Made by a program: the position numbers and the translations under genes. A stretch of 17,600 bases of DNA from a bacterium (lineage in GTDB: Bacteria; Eisenbacteria; RBG-16-71-46): assembly GCA_043779265.1 (NCBI GenBank), contig JAYWEM010000151.1, forward strand, positions 1 to 17,600. The letters run 5' to 3'. A model generated the notes under the pieces. It did no database searches and was not told the origin of the DNA. It saw nothing but the letters and a program-made list of their open reading frames with translations. The first letter of the stretch is position 1. Each line of letters begins with the position of its first letter. Shown here piece by piece: positions 1 through 6,958 of the stretch.

Positions 1-89
1 GGGGGGGGCGCTACCCCCGCCCGCTTCTGCTTTTCGGTGTCGACGTGCTAACTCCCTCCAGGGACGGCAACTGACAGGCGAGATGGCGC

Positions 90-118
90 TTGACCGCGAG
101 AGGCTGCTCGCCTAACCT
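90..118 (+). promoter_or_regulatory. Putative sigma70-type promoter for the lipoprotein operon
   Basis: TTGACC (90-95), 17-nt spacer, TAACCT (113-118). It lies about 47 nt upstream of the ATG at 165, with a G-run RBS-like site at 154-159. Confidence 0.6.
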
Positions 119-164
119 GCCCACACTTCTCCTTCGACATGACTGGGCGTGCTGGGGGGCGCGA

Positions 165-2279
165 ATGCGCTTGGCTTTCAGGGCTGTTCTTTGTCTTTTT
201 CTGGCTATCGCAGCATCGGGCTGTCGCAAGGCCCTCGAACCGGTGACGGACGACAACCAGGCGCCAGAAACCTGGATCACCTCTGCTCCGCAGGACACCG
301 TCACCGGCAGGAACGAAATCGGGCTGCCCGAGTTCCCGGTGATTCCGCGTATCCCGGTGCGGTTCCATCTCTATTGGGCCGGTTCGGACCGCGACGGAGC
401 GATTGCCGGCTACTACTTCGCCGTCGTCGAGACGATTCCCGTCCCGTCGGAAGGGCTGCCGCTACCGACGCTGCCCGGCCCCAAGCCGCGTGACTATCGT
501 TTCACGACCAAGAGCGACAGCATCTTCATCTTCTCGACCTCCGAGTTCCTGAACGAGCGCCAGCACGCGTTCTTCGTGTACTCGGTCGACGACAAGGGCA
601 AGCCGGACCCGACTCCCGCGCGATTCATCTTCCGCGCCTACGATCGGTTCCCGCCGCTGGCCATCATCGAGGAGTTCAAGGCGGTCGGAACGACGTACAG
701 CCTGCTGCCGGGTGGTGGCGTCACGCCCAGCCTGGTCACACGTTTCGTGACCGACTCCTTCGACGTCCTGCGGCCGATTCCGCGCGACACCGTGGCATCA
801 GGCTCGGTGCTCGACATCCGCTGGCGCGGCGAGGCCACGATCCCGAGCACGATCGTCCAGGGCTTTCGCTACAAGCTGGATGAGCCGGAGTTCAACAGCG
901 TCGATTCCTCGGTCAAGCGAGTCACCTACAACAGCGGCATCGCAGGTGATGTCGTGGCGACCGGCAAGAAGATCTTCCGACTGCGTGCGATCGGCCAATC
1001 GGGCTGGCGCGGCGAGAGCACGCGCTACTTCCAGATGAACTACGCGCCCGACACCTGGTTCTCGGGTCCCGATGTGAGCGATCCGGCGCAGGGCTGGTTG
1101 TCCTACCTCGACGGCGGTGGCAGGCGCTACTACTACAAGGATGTCCCCGTCTGGCCGGCGACGATCGCCAATACTCAGATCTCGGCGGACTCGGTCAATG
1201 TTCTGCCGGCACTGCGGCCGGCGAAGCGGACCTTCTACGAGTTCTACGGCAACCGCGTGTTCGCCAAGTCGGAGGGCGACACGGTGAACATGAACTCGTG
1301 GGTGGTGTTCCCGGCGGGCGGATTCGATCGCGACTCGCCCTATGACGTGCGTGTCGGATTCGACCCGGCGACTCCTCCGGGCATCGTGACGACGATCGCC
1401 GGTCCGAACGGATCGCCCGTGGCCTTCCGCTCGCTCTTCGCGACCAAACTGCAGGATCCTGTGACCGTGCCGGGTGGGATCCCCGAGAACGCCGACGCCC
1501 TCTACATCCGGCCCTCCGAGAATCTCGCCTATCCCGTGTTCGATGCCGCCTCTCCCTATCGTTCGCTCAAGATCAGCGAGTACCAGGGCATGCGGAACAG
1601 CGGCAAGGTCTACGTGCTGCTCAAGTCCGAGGACGGCGACGGCGCTGTGGATCAGCGCGTCTCCCAGGCGGGCGGTGCAACTGCAGTCGCCGACCGCGTC
1701 GATGGTGTGGCCGGTGCAGGCTCACCCTCGGCCGAGGACATCCTGCTTCGCTCGAAGATCATCACCTTCTTCGTGAATCGTGCCCCGGTGCTCCAGACGA
1801 CGGCCGGCCCATTCCAGCCGAAGCCCGCCACGGTCATCACGCAGCGGCTCAACTACACGTTCCAGCTCATCGCCACCGATGCCGACCCGTTCGATTTCGC
1901 ATCGACGGCCGGCAACGATGCCTTCGGTGGTCCACAGGCCGCGAGCCCGGTGCTGAGACGCTCCATCTCGTTGATCGGGCGCACCGATGCGGGGCGCGAT
2001 ACGGTCGCGGTCATCGCTTCGCGACTGAACAACCAAGTCTCGTTCCAGTACACATTCCCGAGCTGGGTGGCGAACGGCCCGTGGGTCGTCCGAGTCCAGC
2101 TGTGTGACTGTCTGGATTGTGAGATCAAGTTCGAGCGCGGTCGTTGCGTGGTGACCGATATCCCGGTCACGATCAACCTGCCCGCCCCCAATCTTGCGCA
2201 GGAGCTCGCCGAGCCCGCGCCGTTCTCTTCCGCGGACCAACGACCGGGGTCCCGAGAAGCATCCAGTCGGAGGCCCTGA
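165..2279 (+). CDS. Large lipoprotein of unknown function (704 aa) with FN3/Ig-like beta-sandwich repeats and a C-terminal CxCxxC-x8-C motif
   Basis: ATG165 gives a clean SPII signal MRLAFRAVLCLFLAIAASG-C20; the ORF-track start at 90 is the -35 box. Contains an FHLYWAGSDRDG...HAFFVYSVDDKG unit, strong G/C third-position codon bias, and homology to the next gene. Confidence 0.85.
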   Translation: MRLAFRAVLCLFLAIAASGCRKALEPVTDDNQAPETWITSAPQDTVTGRNEIGLPEFPVIPRIPVRFHLYWAGSDRDGAIAGYYFAVVETIPVPSEGLPLPTLPGPKPRDYRFTTKSDSIFIFSTSEFLNERQHAFFVYSVDDKGKPDPTPARFIFRAYDRFPPLAIIEEFKAVGTTYSLLPGGGVTPSLVTRFVTDSFDVLRPIPRDTVASGSVLDIRWRGEATIPSTIVQGFRYKLDEPEFNSVDSSVKRVTYNSGIAGDVVATGKKIFRLRAIGQSGWRGESTRYFQMNYAPDTWFSGPDVSDPAQGWLSYLDGGGRRYYYKDVPVWPATIANTQISADSVNVLPALRPAKRTFYEFYGNRVFAKSEGDTVNMNSWVVFPAGGFDRDSPYDVRVGFDPATPPGIVTTIAGPNGSPVAFRSLFATKLQDPVTVPGGIPENADALYIRPSENLAYPVFDAASPYRSLKISEYQGMRNSGKVYVLLKSEDGDGAVDQRVSQAGGATAVADRVDGVAGAGSPSAEDILLRSKIITFFVNRAPVLQTTAGPFQPKPATVITQRLNYTFQLIATDADPFDFASTAGNDAFGGPQAASPVLRRSISLIGRTDAGRDTVAVIASRLNNQVSFQYTFPSWVANGPWVVRVQLCDCLDCEIKFERGRCVVTDIPVTINLPAPNLAQELAEPAPFSSADQRPGSREASSRRP

Positions 2280-2281
2280 AC

Positions 2282-4777
2282 ATGGATCTCAAGCACTTCA
2301 CCCGAGCGGCATTCACCGCCGCCGGGCTCCTGGTCGCGTCCTTGCTCGCCACAGGTTGCGCGAGCGACAAGATCGGCGGCGTCTTCGTCGCCAACGAGCG
2401 CCCGTCGGTCGATCTGACGCAGGCGCCTGCCAATTCCGACGGCGAGTACTTCTACGCCTATCGCATCAATTGGTCGGGCTACGATCCCGATGGCCAGGTG
2501 CTCTACTACGAGTACGCCATCGATCCTCCGACGCAGGCGCAGGCTGCCACCGGCCAGGACACCCTGTGGATCCGCACGGATCGCCAGGAGCAGATCTTCT
2601 TCTTCCGCGCCTCCATCCCCCCCCGACCGGACGGTGGTTTCGCGGACACGGCGCGTGAGTTCCACGTGTTCGTGGTGCGCGCCGTGGACAACAGCGGCAA
2701 CCCCGAGACGATGCGCTCGGCCTCGAAGTCGCGTGCGTTCTATTCCTACACGGTCGCGCCGACGGTGCAGATCCTGAGGCCGTTCCCATCCGCCCTGCTG
2801 CAGCCACTCGTGACGCCCTCCGTGCGCATCTCGTGGCAGGGGCATGATCCGGATGGTCAGTTCACGCAGAAACCCGTCCGCTACAAGTACCGGCTCTTCC
2901 GACCCGGGGACGTTCCCAGCATCCAGACCTGGATCTCGGATCCGGACTCGCTGAGGCGCTATTTCGGACCCGGCCGATTCGCCGGATGGGACTCGACGAG
3001 TGCCGAGACGACCACCGTCCAGTTCACGAATCTGACCCCGGGACAGCAGTATCTGTTCGTCCTCGTCGGGTTCGATGAGGCGGGTGCCTATTCGCCCCAG
3101 TTCAATCTCAATTCGAGCATGTTGCTGTTCAATGTCGGCTTCGCGAGCAGCAACGGCCCGCGTTTCACGGTCTTCAACAGCTTCTTCTCGTTCCGCTATC
3201 CATCGGGTGGCTACACCACGGATGAGCTGGCGATCATCAAGATCGAGGCGGCTTCCGGCGTCCCGATCGATTTCGCCTGGTTCGCCGAGGCTCCGCCCGG
3301 CTCGCTGATCGAGTGGTACCGCTGGGCGCTCGACCTCGAGGACCTGACCGACGAGACGCCCCGTACCGACGAGCGAACCGACTGGTACCACTGGAGTCAG
3401 AAGAGTCCGTCGACCAACTTCTGCCGCGTCGGTCCCTTCGCGGCCGATCAGACTCATACGCTCTACATCGAGGCGCAGGACAACAACGGCCTTCGAAGTC
3501 TGGCGATCGTCCGGTTCCGCATCGTCGGCGCGCCGCAGAACCTCGAGTTGCTGATCGTCGACGACACGCGCCTTGGCTCGGATCAGTTGACGTCGAGTTC
3601 GATGGACGCGTTCGGCAATCGATGCCTTCGCAACTACACGACGCCCTGGCCGGCAGCTGCCGAGCTCGACACGTTCCTTTATGCACGAGGCGATGTGCTG
3701 TGGCGCAGTATCCCGGCCAACTGTCCGACGATCCCGGCGACGCCGCGTCTCAGCCCGCCAGGAGTCTTCTCCGGCTATCAGTACGACACACTCGGGACCC
3801 GGCAGGGCTTCGAGCAGGTGAACAACGCCGTCCCGTTGCGGGTCCTGGGTCTGTACAAGCGGATCATCTGGATGGTCGACGGAGAGGGCGCGCAGTACAC
3901 GGACGTCCTCAGCACGACGCGGCCGATGAACGCACTCCGGTTCATGAGTCAACTCGGCCAGGCGAACACGCTGGCTGCCTACGCCTCGCTCGGCGGCCGC
4001 GTCTGGATGCTGGGCGGAGCCTCGGGCTACTCCAGTCTGATCGGGTTCAACCGGACCAACAACGATCCGCAGCTCTTCGGCACGCTGTTCTCCTCCCTCC
4101 CCGGAACGGGTGGGACGGAACTGGCGCCGAGCCGGATGATGTACGACTTCTTCCACTGGCGTTCCGAGTTCGTGACCGGTCGATCCATCAACCGCATCCT
4201 CAAGTCCACGGCTGCGCGAGGGGGCTGGTCGCATCGGGACCGGAATGGCAACACCATCACTGCGCCCAACTACTCGCTGCTGCCGAGCGAGATGCGGCGA
4301 AAGTCCCCCGCGACCGATGCCGTGCCGGCTTCGCGGCCGGTCAGCACGACGTCGGCTTTCTATCAGGCGAATCTCGATCTGGAGTACATGACCGCCCAGA
4401 GCTTCATCATCGAGGACGTCGACCCGGATCCGGACGTCGTGCGCGAGGTGTCCACGCTCGACACTCTGTTCACGCTCGAGGCGCTGGGCGGCAATCTGTA
4501 TCCACAGGCCGAGAACTTCCCGAGGCCGGTCATGACCTACTACCATGGCCTCGACAGTTCGCCGATGGTGTTCAGCGGGTTCAACATCTGGAGCTTCGCC
4601 CGCGAGGATGTCATCCGACTGGTGGACTTCGTCCTCCAGGAGATCTGGGGTATGCCGCGCCAGCCCATCAGTCGGCAGCCCGGGATCTCGGCCTCGCCCG
4701 TTCCGCCCACCTCCCTCTCGACGCCTGCACAACAGGCGCTCCGATCGCGTCTGCCTCTCGGCCGGCGTGGAGAATGA
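2282..4777 (+). CDS. Large lipoprotein of unknown function (831 aa): three beta-sandwich repeats plus a C-terminal alpha/beta domain and a Pro/Ser-rich tail
   Basis: GGAGG at 2269-2273, ATG2282 two nt after the upstream stop. SPII signal ending LLATG-C26. Repeated motifs WSGYDPDG and WQGHDPDG; repeat ends VRAVDNSG, LVGFDEAG and IEAQDNNG. Confidence 0.87.
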   Translation: MDLKHFTRAAFTAAGLLVASLLATGCASDKIGGVFVANERPSVDLTQAPANSDGEYFYAYRINWSGYDPDGQVLYYEYAIDPPTQAQAATGQDTLWIRTDRQEQIFFFRASIPPRPDGGFADTAREFHVFVVRAVDNSGNPETMRSASKSRAFYSYTVAPTVQILRPFPSALLQPLVTPSVRISWQGHDPDGQFTQKPVRYKYRLFRPGDVPSIQTWISDPDSLRRYFGPGRFAGWDSTSAETTTVQFTNLTPGQQYLFVLVGFDEAGAYSPQFNLNSSMLLFNVGFASSNGPRFTVFNSFFSFRYPSGGYTTDELAIIKIEAASGVPIDFAWFAEAPPGSLIEWYRWALDLEDLTDETPRTDERTDWYHWSQKSPSTNFCRVGPFAADQTHTLYIEAQDNNGLRSLAIVRFRIVGAPQNLELLIVDDTRLGSDQLTSSSMDAFGNRCLRNYTTPWPAAAELDTFLYARGDVLWRSIPANCPTIPATPRLSPPGVFSGYQYDTLGTRQGFEQVNNAVPLRVLGLYKRIIWMVDGEGAQYTDVLSTTRPMNALRFMSQLGQANTLAAYASLGGRVWMLGGASGYSSLIGFNRTNNDPQLFGTLFSSLPGTGGTELAPSRMMYDFFHWRSEFVTGRSINRILKSTAARGGWSHRDRNGNTITAPNYSLLPSEMRRKSPATDAVPASRPVSTTSAFYQANLDLEYMTAQSFIIEDVDPDPDVVREVSTLDTLFTLEALGGNLYPQAENFPRPVMTYYHGLDSSPMVFSGFNIWSFAREDVIRLVDFVLQEIWGMPRQPISRQPGISASPVPPTSLSTPAQQALRSRLPLGRRGE

Positions 4778-4780
4778 CGC

Positions 4781-5845
4781 ATGATGCGTGAGCAGTGGTC
4801 CCGCTTCTCATTCGTCGCGACCGCGGTTCTGGCGCTGGCCCTCTGGGCCGGCGTCCGACCAGCGGCTGCGCAATCCTCCGCGTTCCCCTCGATTCCAGTC
4901 TGGAGTCTCGCGGGCGGCTGGAACGACTCCAGCGCCGTGTTCCCCAATCGGTGCATCGGTGCCTTCCGCGGGCCCATGCCCGACTCGGTGGCCGAGCGTC
5001 CTCGTTCGATCACGGTGCGCTTCCTGCGTGATCGCCTGGCGGAGCGCCGCGCCGACTTCGGTGGCTACCGGCTCTATCGGATGACCAACAATCCGGACTC
5101 CTCGAAGGCGCTCCTCATCCGCCGCTTCTCCCTCAATGCGGGGAGCGAGTTGACGTGGAACTTCTCCAGACTCGACTCGGCCTCGCTCCAGTTCCGTTGC
5201 CGTGGGGCACAGGTGCACGACAGCGTCGTCACGTTCGTCGATGCCGACTCGAACGGCGCATTCTTCAAGGTGTGCCGGCGTCCGGGCGAGCTCATGCGCT
5301 GCTTCACGCCCGGTGACTCCATCATCAAGTTGTTCGCCCCTCCGGGGCCGCACGACGGATTCCTGACGTGGTACTCGATCACCTACGAGAAGAAGAACAC
5401 CACCGACGCGGACTACGAGGATCTGTTCCTCCCGGATACGCTCGATGGTTTCTCGCGGTGCAGTAATCCGTCCAATCGCAACACCTGCCCCAACCTCAAT
5501 CACAAGCTGCGGAATCTGACGGGACCGATCGAGCCCACCGGCGGTCCGACTGCGGATCTCGAGCGAGTTCGAGTGGTTCCGAACCCCTATCGCGGCAGTG
5601 AGGTATGGGATCGACCGGGCGCCAATGAGATCCATTTCACCAATCTGCCGGCTCGCGCCACCATCAAGATCTACACGGTCTCGGGTGATCTCGTTCATGT
5701 GATCCTGCACGAGGACGGCGTCCGCGATTTCCAGCGATGGGATCTGCGCAATGCCAGCGGCAAGCAGGTTGCTTCCGGCATCTATCTGTATCGGGTCGAG
5801 GCCGACCGGTTCGAATTCCAGGACCGATTCGTCGTCATCCGCTGA
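4781..5845 (+). CDS. Secreted protein (354 aa) with an FN3-like region and a T9SS type-A CTD/FlgD-Ig-like C-terminal domain
   Basis: GGAG at 4769-4772; SPI signal ending AAA/Q31; DFGGYRLYR and DGFLTWYSITYE strands. C-terminus VRVVPNPY...IHFTNLP...IKIYTVSGDLV...WDLRNASGKQVASGIYLYRV...FVVIR is a typical CTD pattern. Confidence 0.85.
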   Translation: MMREQWSRFSFVATAVLALALWAGVRPAAAQSSAFPSIPVWSLAGGWNDSSAVFPNRCIGAFRGPMPDSVAERPRSITVRFLRDRLAERRADFGGYRLYRMTNNPDSSKALLIRRFSLNAGSELTWNFSRLDSASLQFRCRGAQVHDSVVTFVDADSNGAFFKVCRRPGELMRCFTPGDSIIKLFAPPGPHDGFLTWYSITYEKKNTTDADYEDLFLPDTLDGFSRCSNPSNRNTCPNLNHKLRNLTGPIEPTGGPTADLERVRVVPNPYRGSEVWDRPGANEIHFTNLPARATIKIYTVSGDLVHVILHEDGVRDFQRWDLRNASGKQVASGIYLYRVEADRFEFQDRFVVIR

Positions 5846-5853
5846 CGTCCGGG

Positions 5854-5882
5854 CGGCGAACCGGCGACCTGCCGGTTCGCCG
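5854..5882. other. Intergenic stem-loop (12-bp perfect inverted repeat, 5-nt loop); possible terminator or mRNA-processing/stabilising element
   Basis: CGGCGAACCGGC (5854-5865) / GCCGGTTCGCCG (5871-5882), 8 nt after the 5845 stop; no U-tract. Confidence 0.6.
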
Positions 5883-5904
5883 TGACCGACCCCCCGAGGA
5901 GGCC

Positions 5905-6918
5905 ATGGCGCTCGCGATCGAAGTCCAGGCCCGGCGAGGGGAACTCGTGGAGTCCCGCCACCGGATCACGTGGGTTGCGGTCGATGCCGCGGGCCGCAAG
6001 CGGGATGGATCGGGCACGGACCTGGTCACCACGTTCCGCTCGGCTGCGAAGCCCTTCCAGTTGCTGCCGCTCGTCGAGCGTGGCCATGCGAGCGCGCTCG
6101 GCCTGAGCGATGAGCAGTTGGCCATCATGGCGGCCTCGCACACCGGAAGCGCCCACCACCGGACGGTCGTCCGGCAGATCCTGGATGCGCTCGCGCTCGG
6201 AGTCGACGACCTCGCCTGTGGGGCACATGACCCATCGGATCCCGAGGCTCTGGCCGAGATCCGATTGCACCCCGAGCTCCTCTCCAGGCTGTACAATAAT
6301 TGCTCTGGCAAACACAGTGGGATGCTGGCGCTGGCGCAACGCGAGGGATGGCCCCTGAAGGGCTACGAACTTGCGGAGCATCCGCTCCAGCAACTGATGC
6401 GACGCACGATCGCCGAGGTCTGCGGGTGCGCTGCGGAGTCGCTGGGTGTTGCCGTGGACGGGTGCGGCGTCTGCGTGTTCTCGCTGCCGATGTCGGCCAT
6501 GGCACGCGGCTACGCGCGGCTGGCCGAAGCGGCGCGGTCGCCCGAGGACGCTCGTGGTCGTGCACTTCAACGTATCGCGCTGGCCATGGCCGCTCACCCT
6601 CGAACCGTCGAGGGCGAGGGGCGCCTCAGCACGGCGCTCATGACCGTGACCGGCGGGAGATTGGTGGCGAAGGGTGGTGCCGAGGGACTCCAGTTGATCG
6701 CGGACACTTCGCGAGGTGCCGGACTCGCGCTGAAGTGCGAGGACGGCGCGGGCCGTGCGGTCGCTCCGGCGACGGTGGCGCTGCTCGAGTCGATCGGTTG
6801 GATCGCAGCCGAGGAGGCCTCGCGCCTCGAAGGGCAACGTCGTCCACTTGTGAAGAACGCTGCAGGACTGGTCGTCGGACATCTTGAGGCGACGGTTTCA
6901 TCGACGGCCGCCGTCTGA
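5905..6918 (+). CDS. ansA: L-asparaginase II family (class 3, Rhizobium etli AnsA/ReAV-type), 337 aa
   Basis: GAGGAGG before ATG5905. Family motifs RSAAKPFQ (Ser-Lys), ASH, NNCSGKH and DGC (Zn-binding Cys/Lys/Cys), and AKGGAEG are all intact. Confidence 0.92.
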   Translation: MALAIEVQARRGELVESRHRITWVAVDAAGRKRDGSGTDLVTTFRSAAKPFQLLPLVERGHASALGLSDEQLAIMAASHTGSAHHRTVVRQILDALALGVDDLACGAHDPSDPEALAEIRLHPELLSRLYNNCSGKHSGMLALAQREGWPLKGYELAEHPLQQLMRRTIAEVCGCAAESLGVAVDGCGVCVFSLPMSAMARGYARLAEAARSPEDARGRALQRIALAMAAHPRTVEGEGRLSTALMTVTGGRLVAKGGAEGLQLIADTSRGAGLALKCEDGAGRAVAPATVALLESIGWIAAEEASRLEGQRRPLVKNAAGLVVGHLEATVSSTAAV

Positions 6919-6919
6919 C

Positions 6920-6945
6920 CGGAGCCCCGGTCGGTCGGGGCTCCG
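6920..6945. other. Intergenic stem-loop (10-bp perfect stem) directly abutting the RBS of the S8 protease gene
   Basis: CGGAGCCCCG (6920-6929) / CGGGGCTCCG (6936-6945), followed immediately by AGGAGAGG. Confidence 0.6.
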
Positions 6946-6958
6946 AGGAGAGGCAAAC

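Noticed and set aside
1..35. G-run/C-run stem followed by a T-rich stretch (possible terminator of an upstream gene)
   Set aside because: Truncated by the window edge and imperfectly paired, so it cannot be supported.
54..80. GGGACGGCAAC resembling part of a c-di-GMP-I riboswitch
   Set aside because: No GNRA tetraloop/receptor stems are present, and it lies upstream of the predicted promoter.
90..164. ORF-track upstream starts (90; likewise 2144, 5737, 6884, 15005, 15981)
   Set aside because: Downstream starts have RBSs, restore N-terminal signal peptides or domain boundaries, and avoid long overlaps.
1853..4732. 959-aa minus-strand ORF, plus the alternative-frame 492-aa ORF at 3313-4791
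   Set aside because: Shadow of the lipoprotein genes. Strong codon bias removes antisense stops, and the translation is Arg/Gly-rich with no recognisable motifs.
4775..4783. Gene 2 and gene 3 are in the same frame (TGA CGC ATG), suggesting read-through or Sec fusion
   Set aside because: Gene 3 has its own RBS and signal peptide, gene 2 ends in a low-complexity tail, and no SECIS-like evidence was seen.
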